NCBI GenBank assembly: GCA_964016885.1
Contig: OZ024741.1
Coordinates: 162,750,001-162,814,000, forward strand
Direction: 5' to 3'
Source: Eledone cirrhosa
Taxonomy: Eukaryota
Length of the DNA: 64,000 nucleotides
Made by a program: the position numbers and the translations under genes. Below, piece after piece: positions 40,009-55,333 of the stretch; the stretch's first letter is position 1, and each line of letters begins with the position of its first letter. A model generated the notes under the pieces. It saw only the letters and a list, made by a program, of their open reading frames with translations, was not told where the DNA came from and ran no database searches.

Positions 40009-42179
40009 TTGTTCGAACAAGCAAACATCCGACTAATTAAATTAATATATAAGTGATTGCGTATTTCACAGACACATGTACCCATAACATAATTCACAAC
40101 TTGACACTATGTAACAAGGCTGAACCTTTGAATCATATGTAAAATACATCCAATAGAATTCCACAGTTTATGTTTACCTAATTTTCGTCATAGGACTTGA
40201 GTAGACTCAAGGCTATGGTAAAAGACATTTGCTTACGATGTGAGACCGGACTCTGAACTTCTTAACTACACAGTCATGGCTAGACATCGGATGAAAGACA
40301 AAATTAGCTTTGGCTGAATTTGAACTTACAACGTAGAGAGACGAAATTAAATACTGCAAAACATTTAGTGGTTGCTTTACTGCCACACATTATATTATAT
40401 AGTAATAGTATATGTATTAGATATTGTTTGAGAATGTCTTTGTTTTGTGGCATCAATTATAATTTTTGCTGAAACTGCATTTCGCCAAGGGGAATGTGAT
40501 AATGAGACAGATGATTGAGAAATTGATTTTCCTGCTAACACATATAAAATAATGATGTTAAAGAAATATTATCTTAATTAATGGAAATACCTTGATTAAC
40601 AATCCTAAAAAAAAAGACGAAGAAACGAAATATCTGAATCGTTAAACTTAGCTCTTTCAGGATAACCTTAAGTATGAAGTAAAGCATGTGATAATCATGT
40701 TTTTCTTTCTATGCTTAAAGATTATTTTTATATTCCCCGTAGTCATGGAATTCGCAATAGTGGCATAAGATAACTGCATAAATAATAAGTCTGGGTTTAC
40801 GCTAACGGTCGGATGAAGGGCTGTAAAGCTATTACCACAAACAGCCAAATTCAAATACCTAATCCGATTTGATTTCGTTAAAAACAACGAAACAATAATA
40901 TACAATAGCTTCCCCGATTAAATGCATAAGGTACATATTTATAGCTAACTAGATTTGAGTAGCGAATGTTAATATATTGTTCATAAACAAATTATATAAA
41001 TCGTCAATCCTTTAGCCATAATCCAGTACATTCTTGACCCGGTCAGCTGCAGCATCTAACTCATTTAAAATGTTTACAGCGCACTATAAATGATACGAAA
41101 TGAAGTACCGGCTATTTATTTAGTCATGACTCAGACAGATGCAACAATCTTTTTCTTATCTTGTGTTGTTTACATAATGACACACGAAACTCTGCTTAGT
41201 TAAGTCGTAGTATCAAGTTAGCTATGAGGTAAAGTTGTAGTGTCGCGCTAATTGTCGACGTTAAGTTGTAGTACCACGCTAATTGCTAAAGTTAAGCAGT
41301 AATCCTAAGCTAAACGTCAAAGTTAAGGCGTAGTAGCACTGAAAAGGAGTATGAACATTTTCCAAATATACAGAAGTCTGAATAATCGCTTATTAATCAT
41401 CAGAATAAAAACAAATATTTATACAAAAAGAACCTTGTAGTCGTAACAATGTAATTCCGAATTCTATTCCGCTGCGAACAACATTGGACAAATATTTTCA
41501 ACTAGTTGTGGGCGAGCCACTATAAGTAAAATTGCAGTTTAGTAGAATTACTGTTTCTGTGTGTGTTTATGTATATAGCAGTGTGATTTATTGTGCCTGT
41601 GTTTTGTGTGTTTAAGTGTATATCAGCGTGAACAAATATATATATTGTGTGTGTTTATGTGTGTATCAATGGAAAGTAGTAGAGTTATTGTGTGTCTGTG
41701 TTTGTTTATGTGTCTATCAGCGTAGAAACCCATGTTGTTATGTGCTCTTCTGTTTAGTTGTCTCGTTACTTAGTGGTTCAACAAATATCAATAAAACAAG
41801 TATCAAACTTAAATAAGTACTGGAATTGATATCACTGAGTAAATTATGCCTATATGTAAGTGATCCAGCTTGGTCCTAGTCGTATGACGTAAACCAGTAA
41901 AAAAATGAAAGTCTAAAGAATACATAGCCAGAACAATGCAAAATATAAACATAATGTATGAAACCCAGTTATTCCCTAAAAGTTAGCTTCTTAGATTATT
42001 CATAAGGCTGAGGTGATTTTTACCAGGAAAGTCTTATATTTTAAAGAAGGAAGAAAATTATAATGTTTGGCCAACGTTTTTCCCAAGAGTATTAGTAGTG
42101 TAAGTGCACCAATGTGGCTTCAGATACGAACCGGACACATCACTATAAGTGTTTATATTGTGTTTTGCTATTTTCATTA

Positions 42180-42390
42180 TAGTATCGGTAGAGCGCTGGA
42201 TAACATGCTTTGCGGCATAGAGTTACAGGCCTTTACGTTCTGAGTTCAAATCCCGCTGAAGTTAGCTTTGCCTTTCATCCTTACGGGATCGATAAAATAA
42301 AGCACAACTATTGCACGCACTTGGGTCAATTTAATTGACTTTCTACTTCCCCAAAATTGCTAGCCTTGGACCTAGAGTAGAAACCATTAT
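42180..42390 (+). mobile_element. tRNA-derived SINE (further decayed copies near 25240, 33330, 35390, 36525, 37545, and 39730 on -)
   Basis: GAGTTCAAATCC B box plus ctttgcctttcatccttacggg..gataaaataaag and the ggccttg..cctagagtagaaac tail. Confidence 0.75.
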
Positions 42391-44845
42391 AAGAAATATT
42401 ATTTAACAATTCTTCAGATTTCAGATATATTTGAAATAACTGAAATATCGTCAGCAATCAGGCAATATGTATAGGTAAAATTCTAGTTGAATAAGCACCA
42501 TCTGCAAATATTTTAAACATATTTCATTCAATTAAAAAAAATATTAAAACATATTTTGAAGTGATATATAAAATATTTAAATACCATTCAGATTCAAGTA
42601 ATATTTTTACTGAACGAAACTATACCATGCAACAGATTATGTCTATGAAAATAGTATACCATATTGTATTCTAAATATACATCATCGCTAGGAAACGTCA
42701 TTATGTTGTGCTTTCTCTAATAAATGAACTGAATCTATCGGTATATAACATACAAATCGTTGATATATAATCAAAAATAAGTTGGTGCATAATAAATTGG
42801 GTTGAGTATGTTATCCTATTTAAACATATAGATTACGTTACCAAATGAAGCATCTTATGAAGCTAATTTAGCAAATAATCAAATATCAGTTTTATAAATA
42901 TTTTCCTGATAGTGAAATACTACCAATCTTAATGCACCAAACCAGATTTCCTAAAATAAAAAAATAAATTAAATTTATGTATAGATGTTGGGATTTATAC
43001 TTGCCATCTTGATTAATGAGAGAACATACTTGATTAATAAGAGAACATATTAATTTTAATTCAGAAATGTGAGATATTGAATTAGCTAGTGAAGTCGTAG
43101 TGACTACACTGTTTTGTTCCAGTTTCACTGCGCTCTTCCTATTTGCTAATGGTCCTTTACAAAACACGTAACATCTCAACAAGGAACAGCTGTTTAATTG
43201 AGTGATGCTTATGGTTGTTTCTACTACATTAGTGGCATTATATGTTGCTGCTGGTCAACTCGGAAAGACATAATCGAAGTAATCTTTGATTTATGATCAA
43301 AGGCATTTTAGCCGTAATCATTTCCTATTTAAGGGTTTTCTAGAACTACATTATTTAAAGTGACATCAAAGTCTATCGTAGGAGAGATTTGGATGATATT
43401 TCTAGCCGGTTGAACAACTACGTATGAGATACCTCTTTAGTTCGGAGTGAAATTGATAAAATGGAATGGCTTCAGCAATGAATCAAAATGTTTGTATTTA
43501 GAGACGGGAGACATAATTCTTTCCGTTAAGTCCTCAACTCCACCATATCACATAGTTTAGTTTAACTACGAAGAATATTCACTCTTCAAAGAAAAGATAA
43601 AGAAGTTGTAACGTTCAGAGCCCCCCAACTGAAATAGTAACAACCTAGAATATAAACAACCAAGGATCAACAGAAATTTAATTATTACTAATACAAGCTC
43701 TTCACCCTCGTTTAAATTTATAATATGGGGTAAAGTTGCCTTTTTTCTTCGCATGAACAAAATAATATATATTACTTTAGAATACATTTGCTTGCTAAAT
43801 GCATAGCTTGTTTTGAATTTCAGATCATTTGTGTAATTAAATCGTTTAGACATATCAAAACACTTTTTGTATATAAACACGCTATCATCGCTTGGGAAAT
43901 GCCTTAAAGTCTCAACCTCCTGTTTTGCCTCCCTCATGAATTTTAGGCGTATTTTAAACGTAATAATTAGCTTGAATTGATACAAGGCTGTGATAAAAGA
44001 TATTTACTCAAAATGCTATAATGTGGTACTGAATACTGAAATACTTGTTCACTAATCCATGCCTAGACAACGGAAGAAAAGCAAAATTAACTATGGCTGT
44101 ATTTGAACTTACTTGTGCCAGTCTTAATTTATCTAATTAGAAATATACGTTTATTTATTTATTTATTTATTTAAACATGCAGCGAAGCTATTTTGGTGCC
44201 TTTTTTTGTACACAATCAGTATTTTTGTGCCACTGAAAGCTTTTAGCGACCTTTCTTTCCTTGTAGATTAATCGAATTCCGAACCAAACATCGATTTTAG
44301 TTGCTTAAATCCAAATAGTTACATACGTATACACCAGGAACATTTTTTTTGCTCGAGTAACAGAACTACAACTCTTTTAAGTTTTCGATGAATTATATTC
44401 TAGAAGAAATTCAAACAACATACGTTTTAAAGAAATCTACCTGAGATATGCTATATAATAAAATATCAATTTATTCTTATTAGACAGCCCAGGCTACCTT
44501 TATAAAGAACGGAAAATTATGATAGTCATGCTGTTTCCAAGAGAGTCAGCAGTTTAATATATTCATTTGAAGGCCGAGGTATTATCGAGGTAAAGGTGCA
44601 GTGGATTTAATCAATTCTGATATTTTATAGAGCATGTTGCCGTTGCTGCTGTTGTTAGAGCTGACCTAGGATCAAAAGCGTTTCAACCGCGACTAATCGG
44701 TTATTTTCTATATAAGAAACAACGTTACTCAAAGTATTTCCCCTTCATTTTAAAGACGGTAGGTGTGACAGGAGGAGATCTAACTTCTAATTCTGAGCTG
44801 TACAGGCTTGGTTCTTTATTGACATACGTTATGTTTAATATTATG

Positions 44846-45029
44846 GGCGGTGGATTGGCAGTATCGGTAGAGGGTCGGACGCCATGCTTTCCAGCATAGT
44901 TACGTCCCTTTACGATCTGAGTTCAAATCCCGCCGAGGTTGACTTTGCCTTTCATCCTTACGGGGTCGATAAAATAAAGTACCAGTAATGCACTGGGTAA
45001 TTGCTGGCCTTGTGCCTAAAGTAGAAACA
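44846..45029 (+). mobile_element. Full-length young tRNA-derived SINE with an 18-bp TSD
   Basis: A box TGGCAGTATCGG and B box GAGTTCAAATCC. GTTATGTTTAATATTATG flanks it at 44828-44845 and 45030-45047. Confidence 0.9.
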
Positions 45030-45330
45030 GTTATGTTTAATATTATGTTTGGAAAATTTACTTAATGTTAGATTCGATGTCGTTTTATGAGGTTTAAATA
45101 TTTCAATGTTTAAAAAATAGCCTAAGTTCTGGAGAGATAGTTCATCGTCTCTCTCTGTAATCCTATACTAGATTGGTTGTGTACCAACTAGAAAATCAGA
45201 CAAGTGATACGAGAATATATATAGTTTTCAATTTTCTTTGACTTTTCAAAGCCAGGCTAATACACTGTAGTTATACTTAGATTAAATATAACATATATAT
45301 ATCTTCATTGTTTTGTTGTTTCCGTTTACT

Positions 45331-45407
<77 letters not shown>

Positions 45408-46479
45408 AAGTGAGATAGAGAGAGAGATATGTGTGTTTGTGCGTTTGTGTGAGAAGACCGGTAAGAGAACGAATCAGAGTAGTATACGATGCATCATAGG
45501 ATACAGGGTGGGTTATACCATGTAATCCTACATTTTCGGTTCGTTCGGCGGTTGGGTGATTCATGGGGTCTGAGGAATGCCATCTTTTGCTTAACTGCCC
45601 TCGCCCTAAGACTTGGCTAAGTGCGCCAATTCTACACATCCAACAGAATTAACAAATCTTGTAACAAATTCTGTAACAAATAAGATGTAATAAATTCGAC
45701 TAAGATAGATGCATTGATTCACCCCATCAGTAAATATATGCTATTTTTGTAGCTATAGATCTACAACCAAACATACACATACTAGGGCGCGGACACACAC
45801 ACACACACACAAACACTCACACATTATACATATGAGTTTTAGTGGTAATTACAAAGGAGACTTAGTAAAAATAATATATAATTATCTATCTCTATATTTG
45901 AGTGTCCGTCATTCTCTCATTTCTAGCTTCTCTCCTATACGATTTTATAAACATTTTTATAATGTCAAAACAAGACTGGAGATCATAATATCTATTTTAC
46001 TGGAAGTCGGAACTCAATTTCAGATATTTTGAGCCGAGATCATGCATCACAGCTTACTACACATAGCATCCAAACGCACAGTTCTAACACATAAACTCTG
46101 ATGCAGATAGTTAATATTTTATATATCTCTCAAGAGATTGGAATCACAGGTTATCATATTTCACAGTTGTCCTCAAAGTTTCCAATATCAATGAAGGTTT
46201 ATTTCACGAACCAACACTTGTATTGCATTGGAACGTGAAATATAATTCCTTTCGTTACATGGTGTGGAATTGAAAGTCTATTCAAGCGGACACTTTGGTA
46301 AAATAAACAGAAAGAAGTAGAAAGTATTATTGGCACACACACGCGCAGACAAACAGAAACACATATTTTATATATGTATAAATAAATAAATAAATATATA
46401 TATATATATATAGATATATACACACAATATATATATCCTCTATTTATTGTATAATAAATAGAGGATATATTCATAAAAC

Positions 46480-46484
46480 CGTCT

Positions 46485-46570
<86 letters not shown>

Positions 46571-46577
46571 CATGTAT

Positions 46578-46631
<54 letters not shown>

Positions 46632-46645
46632 GTATATACATGTAT

Positions 46646-46700
<55 letters not shown>

Positions 46701-46751
46701 CATGTATATACATGTATATATATATATATATATATATGTATATACATGTAT

Positions 46752-46811
<60 letters not shown>

Positions 46812-47156
46812 ATACATACATATACATGTATATACATGCATATACATGTATATACATGCATATACATATATATACATGCATATGTTTATCTACATGTATA
46901 TACATATATATATTTACATATACATACATACACATATATATACATGTATATATATATATATATATATATGCATGTGTGTGTGTGCTTGCGTATGTGTACG
47001 TATATGTATATATGCATATATACATATATATATGTATATGTATATATATGTATATGTATATATATATACATATGTATATATATGTATGTGTATATATATG
47101 TATATATATATATGTATATATATATGTATATGAATATATATGTACATATGTATATA

Positions 47157-47213
<57 letters not shown>

Positions 47214-47262
47214 GTATATATATATATGTGTATATGTATATATATATGTGTATATATATATA
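46480..47262. repeat. (CT)n + compound (TA)n/(TATG/TACA)n microsatellite
   Basis: Direct reading of the sequence. Confidence 0.95.
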
Positions 47263-49743
47263 ACCCTGCCACCAGGTTCTTCTGCCTCAACCTCTGACAG
47301 GGAAGCTGTGGAATCGCTTCTTGACTTCATGGATGATTTCTTCCTATCCCAACTAGTGCTCGAACCAACGAGGTGCCACAAAAACGTCCTAGACTTAATT
47401 TTCAGCAATCACACTGACAATATCCACAATATTGCAGTGGAGAAAACTCTACTCTCTGATCATGACATGGTTCTCTGTGATCTGAGATTCCACCGTCCAA
47501 TATACAAACCCAATGTCATTTCTCCTGTCCATCCGTTTGACGCTATGGATTTCCACAATGCAAACTGGGAAGCGATCAGTCATGATCTTGCACATGTCGA
47601 CTGGTCCTTCACGCACACTCATACACCCACTAACATCAAAAAGTCCTGGCAGACATTTGTGGACACTGTTACAAACATATGTGCTAAACACACCCCATTA
47701 AGAACTATAAACAAATCTAAGAGCAGAATCCCTAGAAATAGAAAAACGCTCATCAGAAAAATTAAGAGAACGAACAAAAAAATCAACAATCTGAAATACT
47801 GTCAGCAGCAACACATCAACTTGACTGCCATTTCATCACTAGAGATTAAAAAACATAACCTCCAAAACAACATAATGTCCCTCATCAACAATCAGAGAAG
47901 AGCTGAAGAGGCCTGGGCCATTGAGAAGATCAAACTCAATCCCAAAGTGTTCTTTTCATTTGCAAAAAAACACAAAATCACTGGCTCTACTGTTGGCCCT
48001 CTAATTGATGAAAATGGCACTCTTCAAGACAATGCTAAAACCATGGGTGAGATACTGCAGAAACAATACTGCTCTGTTTTCAGCAATCCTGATATGGCCG
48101 ATCTGGGCTGTATCGGCGATGTTACTCCCCATTACACCTTATCGGACATAACGTTTGGCGCCCCTGATGTCTTGGCGGCAATAAAGGAAATCAAGCATAA
48201 TTCAGCAGTAGGTCCCGATAGGTTCCCTGCTTGTGTCTTGAAGGCGTGTCAACACCAACTTGCTTCTCCTCTTGCCAATCTGTGGCGGAACTCACTGGAT
48301 GCTGGATATGTGCCAGAAAACCTTCTATCCCAGTCTGTTGTCCCAGTTTTCAAAAAGGGAAACAAATCCCTTGCCGTGAATTACCGTCCAATCTCACTCA
48401 CCTCTCATATCATTAAGGTATTTGAGCGAGTGGTGAGATCGCGAATGACCCACTTCCTTGAGAGTAACAATATGCTGAACTCCAACCAGCATGGATTCCG
48501 TAATGGAAGGGATTGCCTGACGCAACTACTGCATCACTTTGATGACATTTTGAGAGCCTTGGGAGAGGGTTCCAACACTGATGTTATCTACCTTGATTTC
48601 AGCAAGGCCTTTGACAGGGTTGATCATAACATTCTACTGAGAAAGCTGTCCAATATTGGTGTCACTGGAAAGCTGCTGCAGTGGATCAAGAGCTTCCTGT
48701 CAAACAGAACCCAACATGTTGTAGTTGAGGGAGTCAAATCAAGCCCAGCCAAAGTCAGTAGTGGAGTCCCACAAGGCACTGTGTTGGGCCCACTTCTCTT
48801 CATCATCTATATTAATGACATCACTGACATCATCAAACACAGCAACATTAAAATTTTCGCTGATGATTCCAAGCTCCAAAAGGTCATCAATGGCGTGGAT
48901 GACCGGATAAGCCTTCAGTCAGACCTACTGGCTGTTACCCAATGGGCAGAAAAGAACAACATGTTACTGAACGAAGACAAATTCGAACTGATCCACTTTG
49001 GAAAAGAGGATGCTCTGAAACTCCCGTACTCCCTTCCCTCCGGGGAAACTCTCGTGGCATCTAACAACATCAGAGACTTGGGAGTAACCGTGGACAGCAA
49101 CATAAGCTGGACCACGCATATAAGCAGCAAAGTTGACATGGCCCGCAGAATGTGTTCCTGGATCCTCAGAACCTTCCAGTCGAGAGATTCCCGCACCATT
49201 ATCCTCCTCTTCTCTACTTTCGCCCGACCACACCTTGAATACTGTTGTCCACTGTGGTCTCCCCACACGAAACAAAGTATCATGAAACTTGAAGCTCCTC
49301 AAAGGGCAATCACGAAAAAGATAGATGGCATGTCAGACCTTGACTACTGGGGTCGATTGGAAAACCTGAAACTTTACTCACTCCAACGTCGCCGTGAGCG
49401 TTATATTATCTGCATGATGTGGAAAATGTTCCATCATCACTGCCCAAATGATGTTGGCATCGCCTTCAAGATACACCCAAGGCTTGGGCCCCGTGCTATC
49501 CGTCCCATTCAAAAATCTAAATCGCAACTCATAACAACAATACGGCACAATTATTTCACCTCAATCGGCCCTGCTCTCTTCAACATCACACCAGGACACG
49601 TCAAAACAGAAACTGACCACACAAAATTCAAGAAGTCTTTGGACAAATTCCTCCAAGTAATCCCGGACAAACCACCCACACCCGGATATGTCTCCGCAAA
49701 CAGTAATTCTCTTCTCGAATGGGCCATGGTGCCCAAATCCTGA
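47263..49743 (+). CDS. Uninterrupted partial ORF2 (endonuclease C-terminus + RT), ~826 codons
   Basis: Track ORF 47140-49743 minus its microsatellite-derived start. Confidence 0.85.
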   Translation, partial: TLPPGSSASTSDREAVESLLDFMDDFFLSQLVLEPTRCHKNVLDLIFSNHTDNIHNIAVEKTLLSDHDMVLCDLRFHRPIYKPNVISPVHPFDAMDFHNANWEAISHDLAHVDWSFTHTHTPTNIKKSWQTFVDTVTNICAKHTPLRTINKSKSRIPRNRKTLIRKIKRTNKKINNLKYCQQQHINLTAISSLEIKKHNLQNNIMSLINNQRRAEEAWAIEKIKLNPKVFFSFAKKHKITGSTVGPLIDENGTLQDNAKTMGEILQKQYCSVFSNPDMADLGCIGDVTPHYTLSDITFGAPDVLAAIKEIKHNSAVGPDRFPACVLKACQHQLASPLANLWRNSLDAGYVPENLLSQSVVPVFKKGNKSLAVNYRPISLTSHIIKVFERVVRSRMTHFLESNNMLNSNQHGFRNGRDCLTQLLHHFDDILRALGEGSNTDVIYLDFSKAFDRVDHNILLRKLSNIGVTGKLLQWIKSFLSNRTQHVVVEGVKSSPAKVSSGVPQGTVLGPLLFIIYINDITDIIKHSNIKIFADDSKLQKVINGVDDRISLQSDLLAVTQWAEKNNMLLNEDKFELIHFGKEDALKLPYSLPSGETLVASNNIRDLGVTVDSNISWTTHISSKVDMARRMCSWILRTFQSRDSRTIILLFSTFARPHLEYCCPLWSPHTKQSIMKLEAPQRAITKKIDGMSDLDYWGRLENLKLYSLQRRRERYIICMMWKMFHHHCPNDVGIAFKIHPRLGPRAIRPIQKSKSQLITTIRHNYFTSIGPALFNITPGHVKTETDHTKFKKSLDKFLQVIPDKPPTPGYVSANSNSLLEWAMVPKS

Positions 49744-49830
49744 ATTGAAAGACTTCGCCAGGTGGTGCTATTAAGTTAGACATGGCCTGGGCCAATACTG
49801 GCCAAAACATTTCAAAGTTATTCAAAGTTA
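47263..49830 (+). mobile_element. 5'-truncated CR1/L2-group LINE inserted in (TA)n, with 3' tail (TTCAAAGTTA)2
   Basis: APE tail ([18 protein letters not shown]), RT ([48 protein letters not shown]) and the [18 protein letters not shown]-terminus. Confidence 0.93.
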
Positions 49831-49932
49831 TATATATATGTATATATGTATATATATATGTATATATATGTATATATATATATGTATATATATATGTATA
49901 TATATATGTATATATATATGTATATATATATG

Positions 49933-49965
<33 letters not shown>

Positions 49966-50086
49966 GTATGTATATATATATATGTATATATATAGGTATA
50001 TATATATGTATATATATATGCGTGTATATATATATATGCGTGTATATATATAGGTATATATATATGCGTGTATATATATATATATG

Positions 50087-50690
50087 TCAGGTCACCAGCT
50101 GGTGCTACTGGTAACATGTATCCCAGTACAACCTGTCTCATGGTCGGGTCGTTGGCGACTAAACTGGCAACCCCACCAAGGTTTCTTGGTGAGGAGGGTG
50201 ACTGGACATCTTGCAGGACTAAAAACAAAACCTGTCAAAGAGCAAAGGAGCTCTTAAGAGTCAATGGCCATCCAAAATCACCGGGAGAGATGACCCTTAG
50301 CCTTTGTCAAGGCAGAATTCTAGGAGAAGGAAAACTCTGATATAACACCTGCAACCCTGATGGTATCCAATGATGTTGACTTGTTCTTCATTTTGGTAAA
50401 TATCATCTTGGTTAAGAGAGTGGGACTGGCTTTGTGCAGTGCCTTTGCTCACTATAAAAGCTTCACGGCACAGGCATTGCTTTATATCTGGAGATCTCTC
50501 TACACTTGTCGTCACATGGTACCATGGACCTAGCACTATGTGTCAATAATTGTCACAAGTGTAGTGTTTGTACCAGAGTTTTCAAGTCGCTGGCTGGACT
50601 AAAAAGTCACACTTGTTTAGCGCATCAGTAGGGGTTCTCCTACATGGATATAAAGTAGTGGCCGTACTCGAAAACGAGTTGGCAGCCACC
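50087..50690 (+). repeat. Dispersed repeat copy B (longest)
   Basis: Homologous to 23548-24050, with the same 3' end (gttg(g)cagccayca). Confidence 0.7.
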
Positions 50691-51498
<808 letters not shown>

Positions 51499-51726
51499 GT
51501 AATTAATATTTTCATAATGGAAGTCGAAGATATATATTTTCATATTTAAGAATGAAGTGGTCAAAGACGGTATGTATAATTCTGAAGTGGTTTTTGAATA
51601 ATATTTAAGTGAAACGGATGTAAAAATAATACATTTCAATGTTTTTGACTACGTTCCACACATCCATATAGAAATAGATAGACAGATAGCACAGAGGACG
51701 CACACATACGCAACCACACACGAACA

Positions 51727-51763
<37 letters not shown>

Positions 51764-52423
51764 CATATATATATGCGTGTACACACAAAATGCAGGACAT
51801 CCGCATTAAGACACGTATACACACACAAAAACTCACATATACGAACACTTACAGACACACGCACTTAGTACGCGTACACACAAACTCACACTCATACGTA
51901 TGTATACATACACACGCACTGTCTGTCTCTTTTTTGATTATTTTTCTCTTTTCTGTATGGTGTGCATTGTTTACCGAAGCCTTGAGTAAGGGGTTCATAG
52001 TTTTATATAATATATATGAGTATTTTCACAGTGCCATACACAGATACATATATGTATGTACACACACACACATACACACACACACACAGCACATGCATAC
52101 ACCCACACAAACACACGCACACATACATACCCACATTTATCTATATGCATTCATAGTGTATACATGTAAACATATATACCTACACTAGCATTTATACACA
52201 CAGACACGTATCTGTACATACAATTCAACAAGAATAAATGAATAACTCACTAAAACAACATATTAATTTAACCATTAAAGAAAGGGATTAAGTTGTCTAA
52301 AGTTTCGTACATTCATCCGAATAAAGTCCTTCATCTGAAATGCAAAACATGCGAGAAACGAAAAGTGACAGACGAAAAGAAAAAATGAAAATACAAAGCG
52401 ATAAGTGACAAGGTATTCGGAGG

Positions 52424-53020
<597 letters not shown>

Positions 53021-53029
53021 ATCCTAATA

Positions 53030-53107
<78 letters not shown>

Positions 53108-53168
53108 CCCCAGGCTCTGATACCATCAACACCATAAACACAGAGCTAGCATATCTAAGAACTGACTA

Positions 53169-53224
53169 ACTGTCTGATGAGGTCATAGCCATTCAATGGC
53201 TATCATCGAAATATATATAGCAGT
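53169..53224 (+). ncRNA. Type I hammerhead ribozyme in a ~165-bp microsatellite-flanked element (53107-53270)
   Basis: actgt-CTGATGA-ggtcatagcca-ttcaa-tggctatcatc-GAAA-tatata-TA-gcagt. Confidence 0.78.
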
Positions 53225-53265
53225 AAATAAAGGATTATGAGTTCTTGCAATTGACTTATGTTTCC

Positions 53266-53326
<61 letters not shown>

Positions 53327-53739
53327 TTAGTGAGTTGTTCATTTATTCTTTGACGGAGAGGTGGTAGTACATTATAAGCCTTCGCCCCCTCACCAGATGG
53401 TCATTAGTAGACCGAGTTGCCATCACTTGAGGGCGACTGGCCGAGGTGAAAGCAGCTAGTTGGTCAGTCGTCTCTGATTATTTAGACGCATGGTTTTTAC
53501 ATATTCCTTTGTTATATTTCGAATACCTGATGATATCACCGGATTCATATGGAACCCCGTCATTGAAATGATCATAGTATAATAAACCTTTCAAGGATTT
53601 ACACCAGTCCAGCCTCCTGTTATTTTATTTATATATATATCTACATCAAGGAAAGTGTGGTAAGAAACCAGGTGGACCATAATGCACCTGAGTACTCTAT
53701 ACTTAGGGTAGTAGAGTGGGTAATAGGAAAAGAGTCAGG

Positions 53740-53831
53740 ACCCCGACGGTTGAGCTCTGGCCGTTTCGACAGCTAGATCCGAACTAAACCAGTAGTATTA
53801 GGCAGGGACCTAGCTGAACTTATCAAGGGAT
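53740..53831 (-). ncRNA. Full three-stem hammerhead with a decayed core (TTGATAA)
   Basis: atccc-TTGATAA-g..cagctaggtcc[loop]ggatctagctgtc-GAAA-cgg..ccg-TC-ggggt. Confidence 0.6.
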
Positions 53832-54202
53832 ACAGTCCATATATGGGCATGCAATCAAAACAAAGTAGAAGCATCAAATCAAACAATCCTAAAAATTGTT
53901 GTTTTTCTTGTTTGACACGGGGAGTGGTCAATGATTTTGGGATGTTATGTACATGGTTAAATTCCTTCATAGCGACTGGTGGTGGGTGGGGTGGTATATA
54001 TATATGTATATAAGGAAAAAAGATGAAATCGAAAATTCAACTGGAGTCTTTAAAAAAAAAAAAATATTTATTTGGTTCCTTTACCGGTTTCGCAGTTCTT
54101 GTGCTTTTCAAAAGTAGAATTGAGATGGAGGGTTTGTGGTTTTTCTCGTATATATAATATATATACATATGTATAAACAAGTGTGACATATATATATATA
54201 TA

Positions 54203-54348
54203 CTACCAGAATGGCCCGGCGTTGCTCGGGATTTGCTCTAGGGCTCTTATATATTTGATATATATCTATTCTTATCGACCCTCGTGAAATAAATACGTTT
54301 GTTTATATTTTGTTATTGTGTATGCAAAAATATCTGTACACAAATATA

Positions 54349-54447
<99 letters not shown>

Positions 54448-55141
54448 CGAAAGAAATGGGGTAAGGAACCAGGTGGACCATAACGCACCAAAGTACTCAA
54501 TACTTAGGGTAGTAGAGTGGGTAATAGGAACCAGTAAGACCCCGACGGCTGAGCTCAAGCCGTTTCGACGGCTAATTCAGTCCAGAATTAGCCGTCGAAA
54601 CGGCTTGAGCTCAGCCGTCGGGGTCTTACTGGTTCCTATATATATATATATAAAATAAATATATATATTAAAATAACAGATTAAAGTTTAAGCATAGAAT
54701 CGCTGCTTTCACCCTTAACGGGATCTTCTGAAACTAAAAAAAAAAATCTGTGAACGCAGAAGTAAATATTTCGAAAAACGTTACACAATATATATATATA
54801 TATATACACACACTATATATACACATATATATACACACACACACAGATAGCGTCATAATGTCGAAATGCAGACAGTCAGACATACAAATAGATATTACAA
54901 GGGCGCGACGTCGTAGATTTGTATCAATCTAAAAAGAAAGACTAAACATTATAGAGAGAGATCGCTAAATAGCCTAATGCATTGAACATTTTTTGGCTCA
55001 AAATACTCACACGTACTCACAAAATACTCAAACTTTACACATTACATGTGTAAAGTTTGAAAACAATCGGTTGGGTGGTTCTCGAGTTTTAGGGAGTCAG
55101 ACAGACAGACACATAGACAGACATACATTCTCTGTCTTAGA
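54203..55141 (-). mobile_element. Non-autonomous Helitron-like element with nested inserts
   Basis: The minus strand starts TC...(tgtc)n...ctcgagaacc...ccgattgttttcaaacttt and ends cccgagcaacgccggg-ccatt-ctggtag, matching the 3' end at 61520-61547. Confidence 0.65.
54446..54640. mobile_element. Fold-back truncated copy of the 53650-53840 HHR element
   Basis: Same 3' portion as 53650-53775. Perfect ~45-bp hairpin at 54524-54639 carrying GAAA-cggc...gccg-TC on both strands. Confidence 0.8.
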
Positions 55142-55333
55142 TATATATATATATTATATAATATATATACATATGTATAAACAAGTGTGACATATACATA
55201 TATATATAATATATATATATGTCACACTTGTTTCACGTCAAATCTGCGTTAGAACTAATTTCACGAGCTGGCTGTTCCATTTTTCGATCAACTGGTACAT
55301 TCGTGGTCGGAAACGACAGCGTTCCTATACACA

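Noticed and set aside
44846-44935. tRNA gene
   Set aside because: A and B boxes are present, but there is no cloverleaf. It continues into a SINE body with a TSD and has many dispersed copies.
36300-45300. Host exons among short ORFs (e.g. 43566-43985, 42892-43182)
   Set aside because: These are AT-rich random-like translations with no recognisable domain. Small exons cannot be excluded without RNA data.
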